A stretch of 34,929 bases of DNA from Candidatus Rokuibacteriota bacterium (lineage in GTDB: Bacteria > Methylomirabilota > Methylomirabilia > Rokubacteriales > CSP1-6), in the NCBI GenBank assembly GCA_016184305.1, contig JACPCX010000128.1, positions 1-34,929 on the forward strand, given 5' to 3'. The notes under the pieces are model-generated. The model had not been told where the DNA came from and ran no database searches. It saw only the letters and a program-made list of their open reading frames with translations. Below are positions 8,636-18,751 of the stretch, one piece after another; positions within the stretch are counted from its first letter, which is position 1, and every line of letters starts with the position of its first letter. A program made the position numbers and the translations under genes.

Positions 8636-8732
8636 TCGCGACCGTGCGGGCGCCGGCGCCGGATGTCCGGGGGCGGCCGGCATCTCCCCGCGAACACTGC
8701 CCTTCGTCGACAGCATTCGCGGAGTGACTGCC

Positions 8733-8748
8733 TGGCACTGGACTTGCG
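8733..8748 (+). promoter_or_regulatory. Sigma54 promoter for the receiver-otsA unit
   Basis: TGGCAC-TGGAC-TTGCG, near-perfect consensus. Confidence 0.85.
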
Positions 8749-8796
8749 AGGGCTCCGCTGCACGAGGAGCGTGCGGGGGATCAGGTGGCGGACGGT

Positions 8797-9048
8797 ATGG
8801 CTCACCGAAGCGTGCTGCTCATTGACGACGACGCCGAGATGGTTGCGGTCCTCCGGGTTGTGCTCGAACAGGAGGGACCCCGCGTCGCCGAGGAGGCCCT
8901 GCGCGGAGGCGCGCACTGCTCCCGGGAAAAACCGTTTCGCATGGTCGAGATCGTGGAGGCCATCGCGAACGAGACGCGCCAGGGGCACCTCATGCTGGGG
9001 GGCGAGCCGACGGGCCGAGGAGGAACGGAGGCAGAGCGCTCCCCATGA
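8797..9048 (+). pseudogene. Single-domain response regulator with internal deletion
   Basis: VLLIDDDAEMVAVLRVVLEQEG joins directly to PRVAEEALRGGA…EKPF; the phospho-Asp and ITAFG segments present in paralog 32646-33041 are missing. Confidence 0.75.
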
Positions 9049-11120
9049 GGATCACGACTCGTCTCGTGGGGGCGATCTGGATCTCGGCGCTGGTCATCAT
9101 GGCCGGATTCGCCTTCTTCCAGGTTCGGGAGGAGCGGGGCCGGCTGGAGCAGGACCTGGCCCGGCGGGCGGCGCTCCTCGGCGAGGGGCTGAAGGAGGCG
9201 GTGGAGCCGGCCGTCCGGAAGGGCTCCGCCCCGACCGTTGCGCGCCTGCTCAAGAAATTCGCGCGCCCCGATCGCCGCATCGCGGTCTATGACCAGTTCG
9301 GGAGTCTTGTGTCCGTGGCGCCGGACATGCCTCGTGCCCTGCCCCCCGCGCTGCCCGAAGTCACGGAGGCGATCACGCTCGGCGCTGCCCAGAAGGGGTT
9401 CCGGACGATCCACGGCGGGAACACGTACGTGTACGCGACGCCGCTCCAGCACGAGGAGCGGTCCACCGGGGCAGTTGCGGTCTTCCTGGACGCCGCCCAT
9501 CTCGACGCCGCCGAGAGCGGGCTCTGGCAGGACAACGCCATTCGCTTCCTGGCCCTTGCGCTTGGCATCTCGGTCGTCGCCCTCTTCGTCGTCCGGGTCA
9601 GCGTGGCGCATCCGCTGTCGGAGATGGCCGAGTGGGCGAAGCGCCTGAGGAACAACCCTGCGCCGCCTCCCCGAACCGCGGATCCTGGGCTGTTCGGCGC
9701 CTTGAGCGTGGAGGTGGCCGGCCTCGCGAGGAAACTGTACCGCGCCCAGGCCGCAGCGGAGCAGGAAGCGGCCCTGCGCCTTGCTGGCGACGTGATCTGG
9801 ACCGAGGAGCGGCTCAAGCAGTTCGTTCGCCTCAGATTCGGCACGCGGCCCCTCTTCGTCGTGTCGAATCGGGAGCCGGTCAGCCACCTCTGGAGGGGCA
9901 AGGAGATCGTGGCCCAGACGCCTGCAAGCGGGGTCGTGACGGCCATGGAGCCGGTGATGCGGGCCTGCGGCGGCGTGTGGGTGGCGCACGGCAGTGGCGT
10001 CGCCGATCGGGAGACGGCGGACGCCAGGGGCCGGCTCGGATTACCCGTGGAGGACCCGCGCTACACGTTGCGGCGCGTGTGGCTCACTCCGGACGAGGAG
10101 GAAGGGTACTACTACGGCTTGTCCAACGAGGGCCTCTGGCCGCTCTGCCATGTCGTCCACGTGCGGCCCGTGTTCCGGCCCGACGACTGGCTGGCATACC
10201 GGGCCGTCAACAAGAAGTTCGCGGAGGCCCTACTCGACGAGATGGCGGGGGTCGAATCCCCGACGGTCGTGATCCACGACTACCACTTCGCGCTGCTCCC
10301 CGCGCTCATCAAGGAGGCGCGGCCCGACGCGCGGGTCGCGATCTTCTGGCATGTTCCGTGGCCCAACGCCGAGGCCTTCGGCATCTGCCCGTGGCAGCGG
10401 GAGATCCTTCTCGGGATGCTGGGGGCGGACCTCATCGGCTTCCACACGCAGTACCATTGCAACAACTTCCTGGATACCGTCGATCGCGCGCTCGAGGCGC
10501 GAGTGGACGCAGAGCACTTCTCGGTGGTGCGTGGCGACCACACCGCCTGCGTCCGACCGTTTCCGATCAGCGTGGCCCCGGACCTCGTGGAGGACCCCCC
10601 GGAGATCTCGCGGAAGGCCCTCCTGGACCAGCTGGGCATCACGGGGGAGTTCCTGGGGGTGGGAGTGGAGCGGGTGGACTACACGAAGGGGCTGCCGGAG
10701 CGCTTCCTGGCGCTCCAGCGGTTCTTCGAGCGCTTCCCCGAATACTGCGAGCGGCTCGTCTTCGTCCAGCTCGGCGCCCCGAGCCGAAGCCGGATCAAGC
10801 GGTACCAGGAGCTCCAGGCGGAGGTCGACGCGACCGTGGACGCCGTGAATCGCGCCCTCGGCACGAAGAGCTGGCAGCCCATCGTGTACCTCAGGCACCA
10901 TCATGACCACCGGGACATCTGGCCCTTCTATCGCCATGCCGACTTCTGCATGGTGACCTCCCTGCATGACGGCATGAACCTCGTCGCCAAGGAGTTCGTC
11001 GCGGTTCGCGACGACGGGGAGGCGGCGCTCATCTTGAGCCGCTTCACGGGGGCCTCGCGGGAGCTGGGCGAGGCCTTGCTCGTGAACCCCTACGACCTGG
11101 ACGAGACGGCCGAGGCGGAG
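9045..11120 (+). pseudogene. otsA: Trehalose-6-phosphate synthase (GT20) with N-terminal TM-sensor-TM-HAMP-like module; C-terminus truncated (ORF runs on to 11411)
   Basis: VVSNREP, WVAHGSG, YYYGLSNEGLWPLCH, IHDYH, FWHVPWP, GVERVDYTKG, SLHDGMNLVAKEF, LSRFTGA, VNPYD; similarity stops at LDETAEA and the final helices are absent. Confidence 0.85.
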
Positions 11121-11242
11121 GCCCGGACACGAGGCGGAGTACGTCACGGCGGGCCGGGCGCGTGCCGACGGGCTGCCGTAGCGTCGAGGACACCCAGGCA
11201 GGACCCGTCCGCCCGTCCCTGGCCTTGCGCTCTCGCGTCCGC

Positions 11243-11607
11243 TCAGCAGGACCGAGGCTCCCGTAGTCCCGATCAGCGACGCCAGGACGGATCCCACCGC
11301 CAGAAAGGCGGTGTTCGTCAGCGGCGTCGCCTCCAGGTCGCCCGTCAGCCGGATGCCGCCGGAGCCGGATGCCGCCGGAGATCGTATAGAGCGCGGCCAG
11401 CAGCAGCATGAAGGACAGATACTCTTCCAGCGTGTGAAGGAGCGCGGTTGGCCGCTGGACGAGGTAGAACCCCGCGACTGGGAGGCCGAGGCCGCAGGAC
11501 ACGAGGAGCTTGTTACGGTTCCGCTCCCACCAATGCGGCACCCACAACGGACAGATGGCGATGGCGACAAGCATCGCCACGAACGGCAGGACCGCATACC
11601 ACGGCAT
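11243..11607 (-). pseudogene. Putative Na+/H+ antiporter-family membrane protein, frameshifted and truncated
   Basis: LPFVAMLVAIAICPL.VPHWWERNRNK…EYLSFMLLLAALYTISGGI, then a frameshift, continuing in another frame as TGDLEATPLTNTAFLAVGSVLASLIGTTGASVLL, then lost. Confidence 0.75.
11347..11380. repeat. 16-bp tandem duplication causing the antiporter frameshift
   Basis: AGCCGGATGCCGCCGG x2 (+AG). Confidence 0.9.
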
Positions 11608-11655
11608 CGGGTCCCAGTCCTCGTCTACCGGCCGGCTCCGGCCATGGAGCCCTCC

Positions 11656-11754
11656 TCAGCCCAGGCTGAGCTTGAGCACCAGGATTACAATCCCGGCGAC
11701 CAGGGCCATCCACAGGCTCACCACGAGACCTTCCCAGCCTTCCTTCATTTTCAC
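11656..11754 (-). CDS. Small single-TM membrane protein (32 aa)
   Basis: GGAGG RBS 8 nt before GTG; MKMKEGWEGLVVSLWMALVAGIVILVLKLSLG; below the ORF-track cutoff. Confidence 0.6.
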   Translation of the reverse strand: MKMKEGWEGLVVSLWMALVAGIVILVLKLSLG

Positions 11755-11834
11755 GGTGCCGTCCTCCGCGGAGAAAGAAAGAGGGCGCGCTGCCGCATCA
11801 GCGGCAGGCAGGGACGCGAAGGCGTGAGGACTGG

Positions 11835-12146
11835 CTAGTGGTCTTCGGAGGGCGAGGACGGGTCTGAGAGCGCGTCGGGAGGGCGTCTGGCCGGAAGGAG
11901 GGTCTGCCGGTGATCGACGGTCATGGGGTGCGAACGCGAGAGGGTCCGGACAACGACATGGGGCCGCCCGAGCGTGGGCACGCGGGCGAGGAGCGTAGGG
12001 GCGGACACGCTCTCGGCTCGGGCGCGATCAGCTTGAATCACCTCGACCGAGCCGTCCACGAACTGGACGGCTCCCGGCATCAAGGGATTGGCCACATCCA
12101 GCGAGACATACAGCAAGAGCAAGAGGGAGAAGCGCCGCGCCGACAT
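11835..12146 (-). CDS. Hypothetical membrane-anchored protein (103 aa), probably leaderless
   Basis: MSARRFSLLLLLYVSLDVANPLMPGAVQF…PSSPSEDH; TACAAT -10 hexamer 7 nt upstream of the ATG. Confidence 0.65.
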   Translation of the reverse strand: MSARRFSLLLLLYVSLDVANPLMPGAVQFVDGSVEVIQADRARAESVSAPTLLARVPTLGRPHVVVRTLSRSHPMTVDHRQTLLPARRPPDALSDPSSPSEDH

Positions 12147-12226
12147 GGCCCGCATTGTATCCGATCGGCGCCGTGTGAGCGGTAGGCCGACGACGGAAGC
12201 CGACGCCGGGATGGCGGGCAGGGGCT

Positions 12227-12364
12227 CTATCGCCTGAGGGCGCGCCGCGCCGCATCCACCAGGGCGCGCATCTCCGGGCTCGGCGCCAGCCCCGTGCCGT
12301 GTACGTAGTGGACGCTGAGGCCGCCATCGTCGAGACGGGCGAGCTCCACAGGAGAGCGATCCAC
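12227..12364 (-). pseudogene. Short coding-like remnant (45 aa) of unknown gene
   Basis: VDRSPVELARLDDGGLSVHYVHGTGLAPSPEMRALVDAARRALRR*, strong GC3 bias, GGAG upstream. Confidence 0.35.
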
Positions 12365-12379
12365 GGCTGGCGCTCCGTG

Positions 12380-12614
12380 GCCCTCGGCCTTCCGTCACCG
12401 CCAGAAGCTGCTCGACCAGCGCATTCACCCGGAACGGTTTCTCGACGTAGGCGGTGGCCCCGCGGCGGAGCGCTTCCGCCCTGACGGCCATCCCGCCGAA
12501 GGCGGTGATCACGATGACGTCCGGGCGGGCCGACTCCAGCGCCTGGAGCACCTGCTCGCCCGAGGCCGCCTCGTGCACCTCGAAGCCGTGGCGCTCGAGC
12601 GCCTCGCGGAGCAT
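12380..12614 (-). pseudogene. Single-domain response regulator remnant
   Basis: MLREALERHGFEVHEAASGE…RPDVIV|ITAFGG…AYVEKPF. It lacks the N-terminal acidic strand, the phospho-Asp segment and its own stop codon; end approximate. Confidence 0.75.
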
Positions 12615-12618
12615 GGCC

Positions 12619-13647
12619 CTACCGCCACCGGCCGATGAGGGTCGGCTTCTCCGCCTCGAAGGCTCCGGCGATCTCCTCGAGCGCCTGCTCGATCTCGGCC
12701 GGGGAGCGGTCACGCGTCGCCAGCAGGAAGGCCGCGACCCGGCCCAGGTAGAGGGGGGTCAGCGCCCGCAGCAGATGATCGCTGGGCAGCCGCCGGTCGT
12801 GGTAGGCGACGGCGAAGTCGCCGATCACCCGGGCCCAGAGCCGAGGCGCGAAGCGGAACTCGTCGGGAGCGACGAAGGGCAACGGATAGAGGTCCGTCAG
12901 CGTGGTGTCCGGCATGATCTGCTCCCAGACCGGGAGGAGGTCCTTGAGCCCGAGGCGGAACGCGCGGACCATGCGCTCCACGTCCGGGCCGCCCTGGTCA
13001 GGGAGCATGGTCGCGGGACCTCCGATGAGCGGCACCGCGCGGGCGTCGTGCGCCTCCTGCCAGGCCTCGCGATGGCGCCCCATGAGCGTGAGCAGCGGCC
13101 CCACCGTCTCGGCGACGATGGTCGGCAGGTCGGCCGGTCGCGCCCGCGGGCTGGGCCGCCGCCCGAGATGGACCTGGACTTCCGCCACCGATCGCGTGTA
13201 GGCCGGCAGCGCGCAGTCGGCCCGGCCAGCCGCCACGGGCCCGAGCAGAGCGCGGATCGCCTCGGGGGGCAGCCCGGCCAGCGTCGCATCCAGGAGCACC
13301 GCGCCGCGCACCTCGAGCCGGCCCGCCACCGACAGCAGCGTGCGCAGGGCCTGCCCGGCGTCAGCGTCCGGTCTCGACTCGAGGCAGAGCCGGCTCGCCG
13401 GCTCGGCGCCCGCCCACGAGCGGATCGCATGCATGGCGCCCTGGCGCCATCCCACGGGCAAGGCGAGCACCGCCGCCCGCTGAGCAGGGAAATGCTTCGC
13501 CAGCGCCGTCGCCGCGGCGTCGAGCAGGTCGGTGGTCCCGCCGGCCTCCTCGTCGGCGTACACGGCGGCCACCAGGTCCAGCGGCCCGGCCGCCTCCAGG
13601 GCCGTGAGGCTCTCCGCCGCGAGAGGGAGATCCCCGAGGCTCGCCAT
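12619..13647 (-). pseudogene. GT2-fold glucosylglycerate/mannosylglycerate synthase-like protein, degenerate and apparently internally deleted
   Basis: Conserved C-terminus (WARVIGDFAVAYH…LLRALTPLYLGRVAAF…FEAEKPTLIGRW); abrupt junction PAYTRSV|AEVQVHLG where the central segment is expected; no DxD. Confidence 0.65.
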
Positions 13648-13660
13648 GCCGGGGCGCCTC

Positions 13661-14863
13661 CTAAGCGGTGAGGCTCGCCAGCAGCGCGAGGTAGTCGCCC
13701 AGGTGGCGGGTGACGAGGAAGGTGCGCCGCACGTACTCGCGGGCGGCGCCGCCGAGCCTGGCGATCAGGTCCGGGTCCTCGAGGAGCTGGCGGATGCGGA
13801 ATGCCGCGCCCTCGACCGAGGTGACCCCGTATCCCGTCACCTCGGGGATCAGCTGGGCGGGAATGCCCCCGACCATGCTCGCCACCACGGGCTTGCCCTT
13901 CCACATGGCCTCGGCCACGATCAGCCCAAAATCCTCCTGGAGCGGCTTGTGCACGAGCATCGCGGCGGCCCGCTGCAAGGCGTTCATCTGCAGCTCCGCG
14001 TCCGGCGGGAGAACCAGCACATGGACATCGGGATCGTCCGCTGCCGCCTCGCGCACCTGCGCGAGCACGGTGGTGCCCTCGGGGTTGTCGGTGGCTCCCC
14101 ATCCCGCCAGGACGAGGCGGCAGGCCACGTACTTCTTCGCGAGGCGGTAGGCGCGGAGCACGCCCGGGAGATCCTTGCTCCGGGCATAGGGGGCCACCGT
14201 GAGGAGCAGGGGCTTGTCGCGGGGGACCCCGAGCTGCTCCAGGGTCTGGTCGATCTCCCGGCGGGTGAGATCCCGGTTGCGGTCGCTCAGGGGATCCACC
14301 GACGGGTGGACGATCAGGGTCGGGATGGGCAGGCGCTGGGCGAACTTCGGGAGCGAGAACACGGCGGCGTCATAGTGCTCCACGTCGCGGCGGACCAGGT
14401 ACCAGGCCCGCCGGTACGCCGCCGAGAGGTCGCCGTGGTAGCGCCACACCCACCGCCCCCGCTCCGGGCGATGATGGACGAGGCCGAGCGGTGCGGCGTC
14501 GTGGACCATGACGAGGTCGGCCTCGAGCCCGAGCCGCGACGCGTTGGCGCCGGCCGTCTCGCGGAACCCGTGGAGCATGGTCTCGGTGACCGGCTCCTCG
14601 AGGCCCGCGAGGGCCATGTCGAGGTGCCGGGCCGCGGCGTAGAACGCCGGGTCGCCCACGATCACCTCCCATGCCGCGTCGATTCCGAGTTCCTGCATCA
14701 TCGGGACCAGCCGGTTGAGGATAGCCGGCGAGCCGGCTCCGAAACGGCTGGCGTTGACGTGGAGGAAGCGGCGCCCCCGGAGCCGCTCGGCGAGACGCAC
14801 CAGGAGATCGATGGTCCCTCGCGGGGCGACCTCCCGGTAGGCGTCGAGACGGCCCGGGCTCAC
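13661..14863 (-). CDS. TreT-like GT4 glycosyltransferase with divergent motifs (400 aa)
   Basis: HVNAS, VHD..P, WVWR.H, PSVDPLSDRN, ATDNPEG, NALQRAA, EDFGLIVAEAMWKGKPV…GGIP; GTG start overlaps the upstream stop. Confidence 0.85.
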   Translation of the reverse strand: MSPGRLDAYREVAPRGTIDLLVRLAERLRGRRFLHVNASRFGAGSPAILNRLVPMMQELGIDAAWEVIVGDPAFYAAARHLDMALAGLEEPVTETMLHGFRETAGANASRLGLEADLVMVHDAAPLGLVHHRPERGRWVWRYHGDLSAAYRRAWYLVRRDVEHYDAAVFSLPKFAQRLPIPTLIVHPSVDPLSDRNRDLTRREIDQTLEQLGVPRDKPLLLTVAPYARSKDLPGVLRAYRLAKKYVACRLVLAGWGATDNPEGTTVLAQVREAAADDPDVHVLVLPPDAELQMNALQRAAAMLVHKPLQEDFGLIVAEAMWKGKPVVASMVGGIPAQLIPEVTGYGVTSVEGAAFRIRQLLEDPDLIARLGGAAREYVRRTFLVTRHLGDYLALLASLTA

Positions 14864-17031
14864 CGGCCGCCCCCCGGCAGCGCCTGGTCCACCAGGCGGA
14901 TCAGGCGGGCGCGAGTGCGCTCGAGGCTGCCGCCGTAGGGGCTCACTGAGCGCACGCGCGCGGCCAGCTCGGGCAGACCGAGCCTCTGCTCCAGCCACGC
15001 CGCGAAGTCGTTCTGCCGTCGGCCCAGCCGCATCCGCGCCTCGACCAGGTGGAAGTAGATAGCGCTGGAATCGACCTCGAGGAGCGCCCGGCGGAAGTCC
15101 GCGAGGTTGCGCACCTCGACACCCGTGGGGATCTCCACGATGCGCGAGCGGACGAAGTCGAAGGGGTCGGCCGAGACGACCCCGGGGACGACGGGCATCT
15201 CCCGCAGATGGGCGTCGATGACCGCCACCAGCTCCTCCCGCAGGGCCTCGAGCGTCGGGAACTCCGCCGGGTCCACCATGGCGAGGCGCTCGCCCAGCAC
15301 CTGGTCGCGCACCTGCACGGCCGCCCAGGTCGCGAAGTCGTTGGGGTAGATGCCGGCAGCGAACTTGTGGCGCAGCAGGAAGCCGTGGGTGTGGAAGTAG
15401 ATCGAGTCCACGGGAACCTGGTCGATGAGCTCGGCCAGCTGCCGCTCGTTCTCGGCCCTCACGCCCACAAACTCCCGCAGCTCGAGGCAGGCGACGAAGC
15501 GGAACGGCCCCGCGCCGGGCCCGAGCCGGTCGGGCGCAGGGCGCGCGGCGGGCGCCGCAGCCCGCCGGAGGCCGGCCAGCGGGATGCGGGCCCAGCCCGG
15601 GCGGTGATCCAGCTCGTAAAGCAGCTCGTAGGCGGCCTTGTCCAGCTCGAAGACGCGCAGCGCGGCGTTCAGCGTCTCCTGCTGTCGCGGCAGGAACCCG
15701 ACGCCGCGCTCGAGCGTCTCTGCCAGGTACCCCTCGAGGAAGGCCTCGCGAACGCCGTCCTCCCAGGCCTCTGCCCAGGGCCCGAGCCGGTCGGCCTGCC
15801 GCGGCTGCGCCGGCGCGGCGTCGGCGGCGCGAAGCAGCGCCGCCCGGGCCGCGTAGGCGAATGACCGCAGCATTCCCGCGACGTCGCGCAGGGCGCAGGT
15901 CTTGTGGCGCCGCAGCTCCAGGGAGCGCGCCGGCTCGCCCTCGAAGTCCACCACGGCGAAGCCGCCCGGAGCCCGCAGGATCTGGCCGAGGTGGTAGTCG
16001 CCGTGGACGCGGATCTTCAGGACGGCCGCGTCGGCGAGGCTCTGGAGCGCGGCCAGGCCCTCGCGCAGGGCGGGGAGGTGCTCGAGCACCTCTCGCGCCA
16101 GCCCGTGCGCGTCGGCGGGCAGCTCGTCCACCGCCTGCCCCAGCGCCTCTCCGACCCGGTCCAGGCGGGCACGAATCTCCTGCTGCCACCCGAGGACGTC
16201 GGCCAGCCCGATGGGCTCAGGCCCCAGCGGAGATCCCAGCGGGGCCGAGGCCAGCGCCCGGTGCAAGCGGCCCGTGAGAAGCCCCAGCGCGTGGGCCTCC
16301 TTCGCGTCCGCCGATGCCAGCGCCTGCGCGAACGCGGGATCGGAGGCGCCGTCGGGCTCGGGACCGCTGCCCGCCGCCGCGTAGTACTCGTCCAGGCGCG
16401 CCTGCACCGCCGCCCAGGCATCGCCCTCGGTCGGAAGGAACTCGTGAAGCGTGGCCAGGGTCGTGGGCTCGTCTCCCTCACCCTCGTAGACGAGGAAGCC
16501 CGCCAGCCGTGGCGCTTCGCGGAAGTCGGTCTCCTCGGTGAGGTGGCGCGTGAGCTCCAGCTCGGGGTTCGCACCTGGCTCGAGCCGGCGGAAGACCTTG
16601 AGGAAGGCCCGTTGCTCCAGCACCCGCGAGGTGTTGCTCTGCTCGACGCCCACCGGCTTCACCGAGCGGACGGGATCGGGCAGGAGCTCCGGCAGGAAGG
16701 CGGTGGCGCCGAACCGGAAGCCGCCGCACCGGCCCGCCAGCGTGCCCCCGGCGCGCATCTGCTCCACCACGGCGGCGCAGAAGCCCGGATCGTCGAGGGC
16801 GTCGGCCAGCGCGCCCCCGCGGGGCGCGCCTCCCGCCAGGGCCACGAGGTAGGTCTCGGGGTCGCCCACCTCGAAGTCGACACGGAACAGGGCGAGCGTC
16901 CCAGCGCTGCCCGGCACCTCGACGTGATCCACGGCCCTCACGGCCGTGATCCGCCGTGACTTGCTTCCGAACCAGCGCTGGCGGGGCAGGACGCTCGCGA
17001 GGGCCGTCGCCGTGCTGGCGAGGTCCGGCAC
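14860..17031 (-). CDS. Maltokinase (Mak/Pep2) fused to C-terminal DUF5752 (723 aa)
   Basis: LPRQRWFGSKSR, EQSNTS, FLKVFRR..PG.NPELE, IRVHGDYHLGQIL, DFEGEP, RDVAGMLRSF, ELDKAAYELLYE; then a duplicated SIY(F)H…NDFA.W domain. Confidence 0.9.
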   Translation of the reverse strand: MPDLASTATALASVLPRQRWFGSKSRRITAVRAVDHVEVPGSAGTLALFRVDFEVGDPETYLVALAGGAPRGGALADALDDPGFCAAVVEQMRAGGTLAGRCGGFRFGATAFLPELLPDPVRSVKPVGVEQSNTSRVLEQRAFLKVFRRLEPGANPELELTRHLTEETDFREAPRLAGFLVYEGEGDEPTTLATLHEFLPTEGDAWAAVQARLDEYYAAAGSGPEPDGASDPAFAQALASADAKEAHALGLLTGRLHRALASAPLGSPLGPEPIGLADVLGWQQEIRARLDRVGEALGQAVDELPADAHGLAREVLEHLPALREGLAALQSLADAAVLKIRVHGDYHLGQILRAPGGFAVVDFEGEPARSLELRRHKTCALRDVAGMLRSFAYAARAALLRAADAAPAQPRQADRLGPWAEAWEDGVREAFLEGYLAETLERGVGFLPRQQETLNAALRVFELDKAAYELLYELDHRPGWARIPLAGLRRAAAPAARPAPDRLGPGAGPFRFVACLELREFVGVRAENERQLAELIDQVPVDSIYFHTHGFLLRHKFAAGIYPNDFATWAAVQVRDQVLGERLAMVDPAEFPTLEALREELVAVIDAHLREMPVVPGVVSADPFDFVRSRIVEIPTGVEVRNLADFRRALLEVDSSAIYFHLVEARMRLGRRQNDFAAWLEQRLGLPELAARVRSVSPYGGSLERTRARLIRLVDQALPGGGR

Positions 17032-17053
17032 GGCTGCGCCCCTGCCCGCCGCC

Positions 17054-18751
17054 CTAGATCGCCGTGGCTTCGATGCCATACAACACCTCATCGCCGGCGG
17101 CGCCACCACGGAGCAGACGCAGCCAGTAGAAGGCGTAGGGAGCCAGCGTGAACAGGTACGGGCGGCTCTTGATGACCGGCAGCCGCGCCCCGTCCAGCAT
17201 CTCGGTCGGCACGGCTCCAGCGAACTCGCTGAGGTCGAGGAGCGCGGGCTCCACCGTCGCCGAGAGATTGGCCACGATCAGGATGGTCTCGCCGCGGTGT
17301 TCCCGGAGGTAAGCCAGGATGCGCGGGTTCGCCGGGTGGAGGAAGCGGAGCGCCCCTCGCCCGAAGGCCCGCGTGCTCTTCCGCGCGGCGATGAGCCGGC
17401 GCATCCATTGCAGCAGCGACGCCGGCGATCGGCGCTGCGCCGCCACGTTGACGACGGGGGAGCCGTAAACGGGGTCCGTGATGACCGGGCTGTAGAGCGC
17501 CTCCGGCTCGGCCGTGGAGAACCCCGCGTTGCGGTCCGCCGTCCACTGCATCGGCGTGCGGACTCCGGCTCGGTCCCCCAGGTGGATGTTGTCGCCCATG
17601 CCGATCTCGTCCCCATAGTAGATGATCGGCGTGCCCGGGAAGGAGAAGAGCAGGCCGTGGAGCAACCGGAGCTTCCCCTGGTCGTTATCCAGCAGCGGGG
17701 CCAGACGGCGCCGGATTCCCACGTTGAGCTTCATCCGCGTGTCCTGCGCGTAGGCGTAGTACATGTAGTCGCGCTCGGGATCGGTGCACATCTCCAGCGT
17801 GAGCTCGTCGTGGTTGCGCAGGAAGAGGCACCACTGGCAGGTCTCGGGGATGGGCGGCGTGTGCAGGAACATGTCGGTGATGGGCCGCCGGTCGGCCCGG
17901 TGCACCGCCATGAACATCCGGGGCATCAGCGGGAAGTGGAAGGCCATGTGGCACTCGTCCCCGTCGCCGAAGTAGGGACGCACATCCCTCGGCCACTGGT
18001 TGGCCTCGGCGAGCAGGACGCGGCCCCGGTACCGGGCGTCCACCTGCGCCCGGAGGCGCTTGAGGACGGCGTGGGTCTCCGGGAGGTTCTCGCAGCTCGT
18101 GCCCTCGCGCTCGAAGAGGTAGGGCACCGCGTCGCAGCGGAAGCCGTCGAGCCCCTTGTCGAGCCAGAAGCGCATCGCGTCCAGCATGGCCTGCTCGACC
18201 TCCGGGTTGTCGTAGTTGAGGTCGGGCTGGTGGCTGAAGAAGCGATGCCAGTAGTACGCGCCGGCCTCCGGGTCCCACGCCCAGTTGGACTTCTCCGTGT
18301 CCACGAAGATGATCCGGGCGTCCCGGTACTTGCGGTCGTCGGGGCTCCAGACGTAGTAGGCGCGCTTCGGCGAGGCGGGGTCCCGCCGTGCCTCCTGGAA
18401 CCAGGCGTGCTGGTCGGAGGTGTGATTGACCACGAGGTCCGTGATGACCCGGATTCCGCGCCGGTGGGCCTCGCCCAGGAACGCCTCGAAGTCCGCCATG
18501 GTCCCGTAGAGCGGCGAGACGTTGCAGTAGTCGGAGATGTCGTACCCGTCGTCGCGGAGCGGCGAGGGGTAGAAGGGCAGCAGCCACACGCAGTCCACGC
18601 CCAGATCCTGGAGGTAGTCGAGCCGGCCCGTCAGGCCGCGGAAGTCGCCAACGCCGTCGCCGTCGCCGTCCTGGAACGCCTTGACGTGAAGCTCGTAGAC
18701 GATCGCGTCCTTGTACCAGAGATCGTCGACGGGGGGTCTCCCGGCGCTCAC
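17054..18751 (-). CDS. treS: Trehalose synthase/maltose alpha-D-glucosyltransferase (565 aa)
   Basis: [74 protein letters not shown]. Confidence 0.96.
   Translation of the reverse strand: MSAGRPPVDDLWYKDAIVYELHVKAFQDGDGDGVGDFRGLTGRLDYLQDLGVDCVWLLPFYPSPLRDDGYDISDYCNVSPLYGTMADFEAFLGEAHRRGIRVITDLVVNHTSDQHAWFQEARRDPASPKRAYYVWSPDDRKYRDARIIFVDTEKSNWAWDPEAGAYYWHRFFSHQPDLNYDNPEVEQAMLDAMRFWLDKGLDGFRCDAVPYLFEREGTSCENLPETHAVLKRLRAQVDARYRGRVLLAEANQWPRDVRPYFGDGDECHMAFHFPLMPRMFMAVHRADRRPITDMFLHTPPIPETCQWCLFLRNHDELTLEMCTDPERDYMYYAYAQDTRMKLNVGIRRRLAPLLDNDQGKLRLLHGLLFSFPGTPIIYYGDEIGMGDNIHLGDRAGVRTPMQWTADRNAGFSTAEPEALYSPVITDPVYGSPVVNVAAQRRSPASLLQWMRRLIAARKSTRAFGRGALRFLHPANPRILAYLREHRGETILIVANLSATVEPALLDLSEFAGAVPTEMLDGARLPVIKSRPYLFTLAPYAFYWLRLLRGGAAGDEVLYGIEATAI

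Noticed and set aside
11835..12713. 292-aa ORF as a receiver-membrane fusion protein
   Set aside because: Better explained as a broken receiver reading through into a separate gene that has its own -10 and ATG.
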